A DNA stretch of 64,000 nt. Source: Blastocladiella emersonii ATCC 22665 (taxonomy: Eukaryota > Fungi > Blastocladiomycota). A program made the translations under genes and the position numbers. The DNA lies in the NCBI GenBank assembly GCA_025594325.1, contig JANHCV010000007.1:1953171-2017170 (forward strand). The letters are read 5' to 3'. Under the pieces are notes generated by a model. That model saw only the letters and a list, made by a program, of their open reading frames with translations. It was not told the DNA's origin and ran no database searches. The first letter of the stretch is position 1. The number at the start of each line of letters is the position of its first letter. Positions 11,202-24,600 of the stretch are shown one piece after another.

Positions 11202-14200
11202 TTAGGAGTCAGCGATCCGCGCGCGCTTGACCGTGAGCGACTCGGTGTCGCTGTTGCGCTTGAGGTCGGGCGACGCCATTGAGCCAGATGCCGGCGTCTT
11301 GTTGGTCTTGAGCATCGGGTGCTGCACAGGCGTCGCCGTGTTGCTGGACACGCGTGAGATGGTCTTGGCGACGGCGCCGTGGCCTGGCGTCGAGTGGACG
11401 ATGGACCCGTCGTCGTGAACGGCGAGGATCGCGCCGTTACCGGCGCCCGTGTCGCAGTCGTACCCGAACCCTTTGATGGTGACCCGCGCGACGGGGCGGC
11501 CCGCGGCGAGCACGGCCTCGATGCGCTCAATCAGACGCGCGAGGCGGACGTTCCACTCGGTCTTGAGCTCCTGGGCCACGACGGGGAACCCGTCCTTGTC
11601 GAGCTCGCCGGTAAAGGACGACTTGACCTTGGACCCGTCCGCGGCGCGGTACGCGTCCGTGTTGACGCGGATCACGACCGTCGGCACGCCAAGCGAGCTG
11701 TGGGTCAGAAAGACGCGCAGGATCTCGTGCCACGCGTTGTAGGACTGGTGCTTGTTCTCGTCGGCCTCGACGACCAGGGCAAAGCCGGTGGGCTCGAGGC
11801 GCAGGTCGGGCCGCTTGCGGCACTGGAACACGCCGACGGCCTCGTTGCGGATCACCTTGAGGTGGGGATGGCGCTTGTCAACGTGGTCGAGGACGTACTT
11901 GACGACGGCGCGCTCCTTGGCGCAGCACCACTTGTGCACGGCCTGCTCGGGGTCGGCCGTCGCGTCGCAGTCGGCACAGAACCCGTCAATCTCGGCGAAA
12001 CCGATGTTGAGGCGCTGCTTGGGCACCTTGGTGAGGCACATGCCGTCGCCGCGGCACTACCAGCACGGGCGCGGGTGGTTCTTGTGCGTGCACAGGAACT
12101 GGCCGCCCTCACACTCGTCGTGGCGGCAGATGCGGCGCTGGATCCCGTGCTTGCACACGTTGGGCCCGCCGCACGGCCCGCAGTCCTTGACGAACCGGGC
12201 GTGGACCCAGCAGTGCTGCATGAACTGGGGCGAGCTGAAGCGGTACAGGTTGGCGCCGATGTCGTAGTACTGGCCGTTCTTGCGGGCGACGATCTGGATG
12301 TCGCTGACGCGCGGGTACATGTGCGTGTGCGGGATGATCGCGAACGAGCCCTCGGGCTTGTCGCGGCGGAGCTTGCTCTCGATGGCGCGCGCCGTCGTGC
12401 CGTCGAACAGCTTGGGACCAACGGCAACGAAAATGCCGTCGTGGTCATGAAGGCGGCCGTCGTCGTCTACCATTTCGACGAGGTTGCACACGGCCGACTC
12501 GGGGGAGCCGTTGAGGTCGAGGAGGTGGAGGAAGGCGTCGACGGGAGTGATGTTGTCGGGCGTGATGTTGTGCTCCTTGGTGGTCGAGCGTGCCAGCGGC
12601 GAGCTGGCGACGTGAGCAGCGGCCACGTCCTTGGTCTGAGCGACGGGCGGGTTGTTGATGAGCGTCTGGACGACTGCGGCGGCCCGAGTCGGCGACAGGC
12701 CGATCTCGCCGATGACGCGAAGGTTCTCGGCCGTCACGTCGATCTTGAGGTCCTCGGTGAGGGCGAGCTTGATGGCGACTCGCTGGGGTTGGTGATCGAG
12801 GTCGACTGCTCGACGAGGAACGAGGGCAGGGGGGCGGCGAGCTTGCCGACGGGGTATTCGGTCACTTGACGTGGTGCGGGTTGCCGCCGAGGATCTGGAC
12901 GGCGCGCCGCACATTGCACAGGTTGACGTTGGCCATGTACTCGGCCGCGAACTTGGTGCTGGCCGCCGAGTGGTCCACGCCGGCCTTCTTGCCGAACTCG
13001 CACTTTCACCCGCTCTCGATGACGCCGCAGTGCTGCAGCACGCGCGCCAGGCGAACCCCTTGTTGCGGTCGGGGCGGCTGATCAGGATGCGGAGCTTGCC
13101 ACCGGTGATGAGCTTGGTGCCGAGCGCGACGCCCGCTTGCCACCGGTGATGAGCTTGGTGCCGAGCGCGACGCCCGCTATGTCGACGTCGTCCTCAGAAT
13201 CGTACTGCGGGTGCAGGAGCATGGCGATGGCGAACGCCTTGGGGCCGTCGGCCTGGATGTCGCCGGCCTCGATGGCGGCCTTGAGCTCCTTCTTAATCAG
13301 CTCCTCGAAGGCCTTCTTGGCCTTGGCGCGAGCGTCGCGGCAGCGACGGCAATCGAGCGTGCGCGAGTTGAGGCACATCGACTTCTGCGCAAAGATGCCG
13401 CCGTAGTCGTTGTTGGCCGTTTGAATGTGCTACTTGGAGACGCGGATCTCGATCGGGTCGTACGCGTAGCCGCCCACGACGCGCGCAAAGTGGCGGCCAC
13501 CCGTGATGTGGGTGCGACGGTTGGCGGCCGCGAACAGGCCAAAGACGTGGGCGTTGACCGTCTTCATGTTGGGGTATAGGTTGATCAGCAGGTCGATGGC
13601 GCGCGGGTCGGGCGTCGAGTACACGACCTGCACGGCGTCAAACGTGTAGACCATCCACCAGTGGACGACGAGGTTGGCGAGCATGGCCTGGAGGGCGAGC
13701 TTGGCGTACACGGTGTCGCGGTACAGGTCGACCTTCATGGCGGCCTTGGTGAAGGGGTTGTCCTTGGGGGCGGTGGCCACGTGCTTGAAGTAGGCCTGGG
13801 CATCCCTCTCGTCGGCTCGACGACTCGGATCTTCTCTATTAGTGTCGGGGCGGGGGCAAGAGCGTGAGCGCGATCGTGGGCGTGAGCGAAGGCGAAGGCG
13901 ACAGCGAGTGCTAGCGACTGGCACCCATGCGCGACGGTGAGACGGGGGAGAGGGGTTCAAGAAACATACGGATGGCGGGGAAGTCACTCGACACCTCAAT
14001 CTTAGTGATCTCGGCGCGGGACTGGACGACGCGCGCGTGGTCACCCTCGGGCAGGCCGTTGAGGGAGAGTTTGGCGACGCGCGTGGCCACCTTGATGCAG
14101 TCGGCCGAGGTCCCGTTGGTGAGCTCTGTGCGTTTGCGGCTCGGTAAGCATGAGCTCCGCCGCCACGCGCGATCGGTACGAGGCTGCGGAAGCGTACCAA

Positions 14201-14458
14201 GAGCTTGGCTGCGTCGAGAAGCGTCATGTCGTCGACGTCGTTGGCAGGAGACGGGCCTAGCGTGAGACGATGCAATGTCAGTCTTGAACCCGCAATAGGC
14301 GGGTTCCCAAACGTACCAGCAGGACTGTTGCCGCGGCGGCCGTCGTCGTTCAGGTCGTCACCACAAGCGCGGCTACGGGCCAGGGCCGCAACGCAGGCTA
14401 GACAACGTGCGAGGGGAGTGAGATCCAACGCTGCCATCGCGGTCGCGATGAGCCACAC
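11202..14458 (-). pseudogene. Disrupted ~1000-aa gene ending in Cys/His Zn-ribbon repeats and a PD-(D/E)XK-type endonuclease (giant-virus-like family)
   Basis: C-terminus CKHGIQRRICRHDECEGGQFLCTH...RPDLRLE..LVVEADENKHQSY..VVIRVNTDAY..EWNVRL. ORFs 13430-14458, 13082-13378, 12057-12914 and 11202-12041 link up across in-frame TAGs (13430-32, 12057-59), a TGA (13006-08), a 41-bp duplication (13095-13176) and frameshifts. Intron-like segments at 14197-14126 and 13969-13836. The 5' limit is uncertain. Confidence 0.7.
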
Positions 14459-14974
14459 GGGCGCGTACCACGGTATGTGGGAGTGTCGTCCTGGGTCTCG
14501 GACGAGGTCGTGTTGGTCATGGTTGACGAGGGCTGCGTGCAGAGCTGGTTGATGACTCGGCGAGGGCAGCGGGAGAGAGCGGGCGCAGGGCGGGGGGCGC
14601 GGGCGGCTGTTGAATGCTCGTCGCCGCGTCGCGACTCGCGTCGGCGCGCCGGTTTCGACGCGTTTTCAGCGCAAGCGCGCTCGCTTGACATCATGGCATC
14701 AACTCACATAGACGTTGTTGCCCTTGGGGACGGTTCTTTGAGAGAGGAGTGTCGTCGGCGACGCGTTGTTGAGGGCCGTCGCGTCGCGCGACGCGACTCC
14801 GCGCTCAAGCCACCAAGGCCGGCGCCCCTGGCCGTCAACTGATCGCTCGCGTCGCTCACCGACAGCGCTCTCTCGCAGGACGAAGAGATAGGTGGAGAGT
14901 GTGAATTGAGAAATACTACAGGATGTGATAGTGGAACAGGAACATGAACAGGAACGCGTCGCCGTCGCCGCCGC

Positions 14975-17900
14975 CTACATGCTGTCGCGGAGCGCGGCGT
15001 CGATCGTCATGTTGATAAAGTCCTTGCGCGACGAGAGGTCCACGCCGAAGAGCGCCGACAGCTCTTCGCGGACCTGCTTCTTGGTGATGCGCATCAGGTC
15101 GGCCGACCGCAGGATGCGGTGGATCTCGTTGACCAGCTCCGCGTCCGTCGGCATGCCGAACATGGGCGCCGCCGCGGGCGCGATCGCTGGCGACATGTTG
15201 GGCGCGCCGGGCAGGAACAGCGAGCGCGACGAGCCCATGGACGTGGGCCGGCCGTTCATGGACGTCGGACGACCACCGCCGCCGCCGCCAATGCCCACGC
15301 CGCCGTCGAGGATCGACATGGGACGGCCGCCGCCGTTCATGGCGGCGAGCTGCTGCATCTCGCGCATCTCGCGGAGCTCGCGCTCGCGCTCGAGATCCGT
15401 CATGCGGGACGCCTGCGACTGCGAGTCCATGACCTCGGCCTGGTACTCGTCCCACCGCAGGTGCTTGATCTGCGAGATGTCGAAATACTCGTCCTCCTCG
15501 CGAACGAGGCGCACCTCCTTGCTCTTCTCGTCCTTAACCTGTCGCACGATGCCCCAGCTAAAGTCATCTCCATCATGGGAATGGCAAGGTCGGAAGAGGT
15601 GTCCGGGTCGACGAGGTGTTGGGTGTCGATCGGGTCCGACGATGACGCAAAGTTAGGACTCGACCCGAGCGCGACGGAGCACGATGACGAGCGTACCCTG
15701 CCGCCAGAAGGCGTAAAGGGGAAGGTAGAAGCCGTAGATGGGGATCGAGAGGATGTCTACAAGTGGTCGAGGTCGGGTCGAGTTGAGGTGTGAGTCATGA
15801 GTGAGGTCATCGCTCGAGTGGCGCTCAGGCGTCATCCGAGTGCCATCCGCCAGACTCGTGCGTGCGGCCCATAAGCGCCATGATCCGCACGCTGGGTGAC
15901 GTGTTGGTGGTACGTACAGATGAGCATCCAGACGACGTGGGCAAACTCCTTCTTGAGGATGAAGACGATGGCCTGGAGGCCGTACATGGCGGCGATGAGG
16001 ATGAGCGAGATCATGACCAGGTTGAGGCTCTGGTCCTTGACGATGGCGTTGACCGTGAGGTAGATGAGGTCTGCAGGTGATCGTGGAGGGCGCGTCAGTG
16101 GGTGAGTTCCAGCGGGTAGGTGGGGGTTGGGGTGGGTCGGCCCACGACCAAATTCCGACCGCGATCACCTCCCGGTGAACCCAGACAAGTCAGGATTTCG
16201 AGGCACGTACATCCGAGGTAAACGACCATGGCGGGCTGCAGCAACGTAGCTGCCAGGTCCACGGCGACGACGAATCGCATGGAGAAGCAGCAGAAACCGC
16301 AGAGGTCCTTGATCCACACGAGCTCGACGAGGTTGTGGAAGGTCGAGTTGATCCAGCGGCGACGCTGACTGATCAGGACCGAGAACGTCTCAGGCGCGAA
16401 CGTGTAGGCCAAGGCCGACGGCGTGAACTTGGTGCGCATCGACGGGAAGGTCTTGAGGATCAGCGTGGTGAGGAACCGATCCTCGCCGAGGTGGAGCAGG
16501 TTCTTCTTGTGCAGCGTGTTGACGCGGCAGTCCGAGTACTCATCGACGATCGAGTCATGGCACAGGAGCGGCTTGCCCTTGTTGGCCGAGACGATGCGGT
16601 ACATGCAGAAACACCTACGAGGCGGTCATGCTACGCGTCAGATACATCGATCTCGGTCGGCCACACCCGTGAAGCCACCATACCCAGGGAGACAGGTCAC
16701 CGAACCGAACAGCGACTCGAAGGCCTACAAGGGTGAGGGGCGACGTGGAGCGACGTGAGCATTTGTCTGACGTGGGCGACGACAATAGGCGAACGACGAG
16801 CGAACGACGAGTGCGCGTACCTTGGCGAGGTGATGCGAGATAAAGTACTCGTAGGGCTGGATCATGGTGATGACCGACGACTTCTCGTTCATCATCTTGG
16901 TCTCGCCGCACGCGCCGATGATCTCCGTGTCGGTCATGCAGAAGGCCACGAGCTGGGTGAGGGCCTCCTCGGCGACCGTGGTGTCGGCGTCGATCATGAG
17001 GCAGTACTCGTACCACTTGGGGTCGACGCCGATCACGTTCTGGATGTGGTGGCGCAGCTCGAGCTCGAGCGGCGACATGGGCTTCTCGTAGTGCAGGTGG
17101 TTGAGGAACCGCATGAGCATGATTTGCGAGTCGCGCTTGCCGCGGTTGCCGGGCCGCTGGGTCTCGGACGGGCGGCCGCACTTAACGAGCACCACGTACG
17201 GCACGAGGTGGCCCTCGTACTCGTACAGGCCCGAGTACACCTTGCCCATGTTGTGCTGCTTGGAGCCCTCGCCGACGGCCTGGTACGACAGCGGCTCGGG
17301 GTCGACCGACGGGTCGACGCCGAGGAGGTCGAGCACGATGCGCGGCGTGGGGCGGTCATTGCCGCGACCGACGATCATGCCGTCGCAGATCAGGAGCATG
17401 AGCTTGCGCTTGTCGTCGTACTTCATGGCGGCGATCGAGTTGATGGTGCGCGACATGGACAGCTCGTCCTCGGTGTAGCAGGGCACCTGGATCATGACGA
17501 ACTTGTCCATCTTCTCGGGGGTCTCGGACCCGCCGCGGAGCTGCAGACTGGCCAGGAACTTGAACAGGATGATGCTGCACAGCACGACGGACATGGCGAG
17601 CAGGATGTAGTCGGCGTACAGGCACTTGATGGTCTGGCGCTCGTCGACGAGGCCGGCCGTGAACAGCGCGTTGAAGCAGTCGCGGATGGCCGCGTTGCCG
17701 TTCCACACCTTCATGAACTGCTCGTCGTCGGTGAGGTCGACCATGCCCTTGCTGGCCTGGTTCGAGATGTACGTGTCGATGTTGAGGGCGTCGGGGCGGC
17801 CCGAGAAGTCGAAGGCGAGGAACCGCTTCTCGTTGGCGTTGTTGCTGGCCTTGACGTTCTGGTAGTAGTTGGTCAGGTCGTACACGACGCCCTTGACGAT

Positions 17901-20807
17901 GATGCGGTTGATGGGGAAGTCCTCGTAGCCCCAGCCGGCGAGCACCTCGGTGGCGGGGATGGCGACGAAGCCCTGGCGGAACGTCTTCTGCGACAGCCAC
18001 GAGTTGAGGCGGCTGGCGAAGGCCGGGTCGGACCGCAGCTTGTTCTCGTGGCCGGCGGCGATGGCGAGGGCGCCCGTCTTGTTGGGGTTCTTCTCGTCGA
18101 GCTTGAGCGTCTTGTCCTTGACGAGCGTCGGGCAGTAGTCGGCGGGCGTGCGCGGGAACCCGGACGTGATGTCGGTGCCCGTGAACTGGCGCAGCTGGTC
18201 ACGCGTGTGGTACGGCGTGGTCGAGACCACCGACAGCTGGTTGAGGTCGTAGACGATGCCGTAGGCCGACGCGTACATCTTGTTCTTGATGCTGAGGTAG
18301 TCCATCTCGTTGGCCGAGAACAGGTCGCGGCGCGGGCAGATGACGAGGCCGGCGCCGGCAATGACGAACAGGACCGCGGCCGAGAACAGGAAGATGAGGA
18401 AGCAGATGACCACCTTCTCGCGCCACGCCATCTGGACGTGCTTGTCCTTCATGCGGCCGAGCAACGACAGCATGAACGACGGGATCCAGAACGTGAGCAG
18501 CCAGACGAAGGCGACCCACCGGCGGCGCGACGGCGACGCCTTGGGCTCCTCGACGGTGCGCGGCACGTCCACGTTGGGGTCGAAGCCGTCAACGGCGTCG
18601 CGCATGATGGCGTCGTGCGCCGCGGCGGACCGGCTGCCCGTGCCCGAGAACCCGGCACCGCCGCCGCCACCCGACCCGTCGAGCTTGGACAGGCCCGAGT
18701 AGCCGTTCGCGATGGAGAAGCCGTCGTACATGGAGTTGTTGTCGGACATGTACGTCTCGTCCTCGGACACGTAACTCGCGCCGTCGTCGAAGGCGGCAGC
18801 CGCGCCGCCGCGCTTGGCGGCGCCGCCGAGGCCGACCGAGTACTGCGAGCCGGTGGCGTCGTCGTTGCGCTGGGCCTTTTTCCACTCCTTGTAGCGCTTG
18901 AGGTCGCGCTCGAGCAGGGCGACGGCGCGCCACGTGAGCCACACCGAGTCGCGGCCGAGGACGTGGTCCTCGACGCCGACGCCGCGGAGGAGCATGTCGA
19001 CGCGGTCGCGGATCGGGCGGGACTCGTCAACGCCGCGTGACACCATGAGGGCACCGTACCGGGCCACGACGCGCGCGAGGGTGGCGCGGACCGGGAACCC
19101 GGCGGGCGAGCCGAGCGCGGCCTGCAGCGGCTGGGCCACGGCGTTGGCAGCCTGGGCAGCGCTGGCCGAGTTGCCGCAGTAGACGAGGAACACGTTGGTC
19201 TCGGCCACGTCGCCGAGGAGCTCGGTGAGCGACGACTCGTGCTCGTCGATGAGCGTGGGCGGCGCAGCGGCGGCGTCGTCGGCCGAGGCGTCAGCGCCGG
19301 CGGCCGCACCCTTGCGCGACTTGCGCTTGATGGACGACTTGCGCAGGGGCTTGGCGGGGACGTGGGCCTGCGCGGCGGCGGCCTGGGCGACGGCCTTGAG
19401 GGCGAAGAGGCCCGAGACGAACTCGTTGGTGCACTGGGTGCGGAACAGCTGCACGACGTCGAGCGAGATGCGCTCCACGTTCTCGGCGGCGTGGCGGCGA
19501 CGGATGGCGCGGGTGTCGGGCTCGGCGGGGACGCCGAGCTGCAGCGGGCGCGCGGAGCCAGCGTCGGCCGAGTAGTCCTGCACGAGGCCGTGGAGGTACT
19601 CGGCGGTGAACTTGTCGAGGCGGTGCTCGGTCAGGTTGGCGAGGGCGGCCCACAGGCCCGAGCCGTTGGGGTTGGTCGGGGTCGGGTCAACGGTGGGCTG
19701 GGCGCCGGGGAAGGCGAGGACGTTGACCATGGTGTGGGCGGCGTCGCAGTGGAGGCGCGAGTTGATGAACTCGGTGAGCCAGGTGAAGAGCAGGGCGTAG
19801 AGGGTCGAGGCGAGGTGGGCCGTGTACTCGGTGGCCTGTGCCAGATTGTGAACGATGGTGCACTTGTCGACGCCAATGTAGCCCGTGTGCGAGAGCAGCG
19901 AGTCCTCGAGGGCGGCGGGGGCGATGCCGAGCAGGCCGGCGACGAACTCGAGGTGGTCGCGGTTGCGGACACGAGTCTCGGGCTCCTCCGTGTCCTGGTT
20001 CTTGGCCTCGACGAACTGGATCTGGCCGAGGTGGAGGACGGCGGCGAGGACGGCGAGGACGTGCGACTGCGACTTTTTGGACAGGCCGAGGGTCTTGAGG
20101 GCGTTGAGGAACTTGCCAAAGTTGTCGGCGTCGGAGCGCTCGATGACCTTGAGGCCGGCGTGCAGGTAGTCGTAGTGGGCGGGGTCCGGGTGCAGCTTCC
20201 AAGCCTGCTTCTGCTCGGGGGTGGCGCCGGCGAGCAGGTAGTAGAAGATGTGGAAGGAGCGCTCCTCGGCGGGGACGCGGGTGACGCGGGCCTTGTCGAG
20301 GGCGAACTCGAGGGTCTTGGCGCCGACGATCTTGTGCTTGTCGTCGAACTGGATCTCCGTGTACTGGCCGAAGCGGGTGACGTGGTTGCAGGTGGCGGTC
20401 TGGGCGGTGCCGAGGGCGGCGAGCACGGTCTGGGCGGCGGTGATGCGGTGGTGGACCTTGTGTGCCTTCTTGGAGGAGAGGGCGTTGACGTGGTTGAGGA
20501 AGAGGGCGACCTGCGACTGCTTGTCGACGCCGCCGTCGCCGCGGAAGACGACCGTCTGGCTGGCGGCCGAGATCTTCATGGCGGCGAAGGCGCGGGCGGC
20601 GAGGGCGGCGAGCGCGGTGGGCTCCGTGTCGACCTCGACGCCAATCTCCCAGCCGCGGGCCTTGGCAACAAACTCGTCGACGTCGCGGTCGAGGCGGTCG
20701 CGCACCTTCTTGGTCCGCGCGGCGTGCGCGACCGTGTCGACGGCGAGGACGCGGCCGGCCACGGGCACGGCGGCGCTGGCCGCGGCCGACGCGGACGACG
20801 GGTCCAT
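14975..20807 (-). CDS. CHS: Chitin synthase with N-terminal myosin motor-like domain, cytochrome b5-like region and DEK-C tail (class V/VII type); exons 20807-16821, 16724-16684, 16614-16211, 16070-15918, 15756-15697, 15567-14975
   Basis: [81 protein letters not shown], and DEK-C ([19 protein letters not shown]). Five GT-AG introns restore the frame. Confidence 0.95.
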
Positions 20808-21526
20808 GGTTGCTGGAGGGTGGGGGTTACGCTACGAGAAGGACGCGCGCGGCTGAGACATGAGCACTCTGGCCTGAGACACTCTGCATCGAGGCGCCAC
20901 CCGAGCGAGCGGTGGTCGCCGAGCCGCGATGCACGCACCTAGAAGCGCAATGGAAGCGCAATGGCGACTGTGCGAGGGCACGACAGCAGCGGGAAGTTGG
21001 GAGTGCTCGCGCGCGCCGTGGAGGGCGGGAGCGGGTGCTGCGGCGAAGGGCAGGCGCGGCGAGAGTGCGAGCGGTGCGTTGCAAGGAGTGCAGAGATGGC
21101 GGTGCGCCGAGCGGGGAGCGCAGCGGGAGAGGGGGCTCGCCGGTTTGCGCAGACGCAGAGCGAGGGGTGGCGTGTCCGAGGAGCGCTGTTCCTTTCTCGG
21201 TCGAGGCGAGGCGGAGCCGCTGCGGTCGGTGGTGCGGGCTGCGGCTGCCGGGTGCTGCGATGAACAAGAATCCGAGGCCGTCGGCGAGCGCGAGGGCGAG
21301 GGGGTTCCCGCGGGCGAGTGCTTGATGCGTGGTCTACGAGCCGGTGGTGGCGGGGACTCGAGGGCGAGGGAGAGCTGAGAGGATGGGATGGGAGCGGCGC
21401 GAGCGTGAGGCCGAGCCGCTGGCTGGCGCCGCCTCTTCATCAGCAGCCGACAGCGATCGGCGGCTCGCAGGGAAGGAGAAAATAACCTAAACCACCCGTC
21501 ACCTGACGCCTGTCCAACCAGCCCGC

Positions 21527-21560
21527 ACCTGGCGTGATTGCGCGACGCGTCTCGCACCGC
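21527..21560. promoter_or_regulatory. 34-bp element, inverted copy of 28465-28498; contains ACGCGT
   Basis: Reverse complement gcggtgcgagacgcgtcgcgcaatcacgccaggt vs gcggtgcgagacgcgacgcggaatcacgccaggt (32/34). A regulatory role is inferred only. Confidence 0.5.
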
Positions 21561-21675
21561 CGCGCCGCTGCGAGACACTCGCCACGCGGGCCGAAGCGAG
21601 CCTGCAAGCGAGCCCAAGGTTGTTGTGTCACAATACACTAGGAAACATTTGTAAAAACTCTCAGCTCCTCGACAC

Positions 21676-24600
21676 TCACTCGTCGCGCGACCGCGGGAAC
21701 GGCTTGATGCGAATGCGCAGCGCCGTCGCCGACGCGCCTGGCGCTGGTGGCGGGACCGGCGGGTCGTACGCGGCGGGAGGGTACCCCGCATCGTGCGGAC
21801 TCGGCCGCGTCGGGAGCGGCGGGAGCGACACGTGCTCCTCGTCCTCGTCCATCATGACCTCGGACTCGTACGACTCACGGCCGTGCGCCAGCGGCTGCTG
21901 GTGCTGCTCCTGCGCCGTCAGAGCAGGCGCCGGGTGGTACTCGCCCTCGAGCCGCGGCCGCTTGGCTGCGGGCTGGTGGTAATCGGCCGCCGCCTCGTCC
22001 GTCGCAGTCCGCGTGGGCGCGGGCGATGAATCCGCCGTCGAGTCATACCCGGCGTACGCGTCCGCGTCGAGGTCGTCCGTCTCGTCGCCATCGTCGATGC
22101 GCGCCGGCGCCGCCACCATATGCCCGAGCTGCACCACCTCGGGCCGCACGCCCGCGTCCGCCAGCGCCGCCGCCATGGACTGCGACACGTGCGGGCCGAG
22201 CCCAATCGCCTCGGCAATCGTCATCCCGCCGCCGCCCGACGTGGGCCGGGACGGCGGCCGCGGTGGAGCCACGGGGGCGGGCAGCGGGGCGTCGGCACCC
22301 GTGAGCGCCGCAATCAGCGGCGTGATCGTCTGCGGGAGCGGCGGCGGCCGCACCGCCGGGGTCGTGTTGCCCGTGTGACTGGATGCGGCCCGCGAGTGCG
22401 GCGGCTTGCGCGGCGACTTGACCAGCACCTCCGACTCGAGCACGGGCACCCGCGCCGCGGCATGCGCGCCGAGCTTGGCGCCGACCGTCTCGAGGCACGC
22501 CCAGTCGGCCGCCGGATCGCTCGCGTCGAGCCCGCGGAACACGTCTGGGTCGGCGAGCTGCACCACGATGCGCTTGGTCGTGCCGTCCGCCGCAACCGCC
22601 TCGATCGTGACCGTGGCGCCGGGACCCGACGCCGCGTACCGCGCGCGCTGCTGGTGCGCCATGCGCGCCGACTGCTGCGGCGACGGCGCGCGCGACCGCT
22701 TGCCACCGGCCAGCGACCCGTCCAGCTCGAGCATCGACGACGGCTGCCCGCGCCCGATCCGCGTCGGCCGCTCGTCCGCCTCGGCGAGAAGCAGCGCCGC
22801 CGAGGGTGAGACGGGCGCCACCACGCTGGCCGTGTCGCCCGAGAAGGGCGGGTACACGGTGGTGAGCGGCGGCGGGATGTAGCCCGGCGGAATGTACTGC
22901 GACGGGTCGGCCTTGAGCATGTACCGCGGGTTGACCAGCTGGCACAGCGACTCGATGCGCTTGGTCAGCACCGTCTCCTTGGGCCACGGCAACCCGTTGA
23001 TGGTCCCCGCGGCGGACGCGGTCGGCGCCACGGCGGGCGCGGCACCGGCCACGGCGCGGTACGACTCGGCCAGGGCGTAGAACTGGAACTCGGGGTCCTG
23101 CACGATCGCCTCGTACCGACCGTACCCGTGCTTGGCGATCCCGAGCAGCAGCGTCTTGTCGTGGGCGCCCGACTGCCACCAGTCGGGGAGCCCGGCCGCG
23201 CGCTTGGCCTGGCCCAGCACCTTGTCGAGGTGCGCGTACGGCAGCACGTGCGACCGCAGGAACTCGAGGAACTCGATGCGCTTGAACAGCTTCTTGGCCT
23301 TGTCGAGCGTGAACTCGTCGTCGCCGTCGAACCGGTCGCGCGGCCGCTGGCACGGCACGCCCGTGACGCGCGCCAGCTCTGCGTCGAGCAAAAACTTGCA
23401 CTGCGCGACCGTGTGGTAGTAGTACTCGTCGAGCGCCTCGTCCGTCTTGTGCCCGAGGTTGGCCGCGTCCTTGATGGGCTCCCAGTCAATCACCTGGCGT
23501 CGCTCGACACGGCGCTCGAGCCGCCGCTCCACGCGGTGCTGCGGGGCCGCGGCGCCGGCACCGCCGTCCACGTCCATGGCGTCGGGCACCTCGACCTCGA
23601 CTTCCACGTCAAACTCAATGTCCATCTCGCGCAGCTGGATCCCGAGGCAGCACGTGGTGCGGTAGAAATCCGTCCGCTCGCGCTTGTTCCACCGGTTGGC
23701 GCGAGCCGTGGCAGCCGCAGCAGCCGCCGCAGACGCGCGGTCCTGCTCGGCCGACACCGCGGCGGCGTGGCGCTGCGCCTTGGACTGCTGCTGGTGCTGC
23801 GCGGCCTGCTGCGCGGCCTGCTTCCTGCGCTCGCGGACCAGCGTGCTGACGACGCGGCGCAGCCGCGCGCCGATCTCGGACTTGGACGGCCACGCGTACA
23901 GCGTCTGGTCCTCGGGCCCGTCGCCGGCGGCGGCGAGCTGCGCGGGATCCTCGGGCGCGTCGTCGTCCTCGTCGTCATCGTCGTCGTCGACGTGCGTGGC
24001 CGACATGCTCTTGCGGCCCTTCTTGGACGCCTTCTGCAGCTCCTGGAACGTGGCCGGGTCGTAGCGGCGCAGCGAGAAGGCGAGGTCGCGGTCGCGGCGC
24101 ATGGGCTTGAAGACGTGGTACCCGTGCTTGACGATGCCGATCAGCAGGTCGCGGTCCTCGTCGCAGCCCCACCACGGCGCGGGCGGGCGCGACAGCGTCG
24201 GGACCACGAGATCCCGCTTGGCCTCGGCCACGTCGCGCGGCACCAGGTCGTACACCTGCTTGAGCAGCGTGAGCCGCGACACCATGAACTTGACCTTCTT
24301 CTCGACCGCCTCCTTGTACTCGCGCGGCGCCGCGATGAGGAACGACCGGTACTCGGTCACCTGGCGCGGGGTGGCGCCCTCGAACGGCAGTTCGTGGCCC
24401 TGCGGCAGGCAGTACGGCTCGACCTTGTCGCGCAGGATCGCCTCGATGTCGGCGATCGCCGCCGCGTCCTCGTCGGGGTTGAGCTTCGAGATGACGAACC
24501 GGAACAGGTCGCGCGCGCACGGGATCACCTCCTGCACCGTGCGCCGCGGGCACGCCGCGAGCACGCGGTCCCAGTGCCACACGCCAAACACCATGAGCCG

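Noticed and set aside
12900-13000. GVDHSAASTKFAAEY as a tyrosine recombinase H...Y motif
   Set aside because: The spacing is off and no upstream R or HxxR motif was found.
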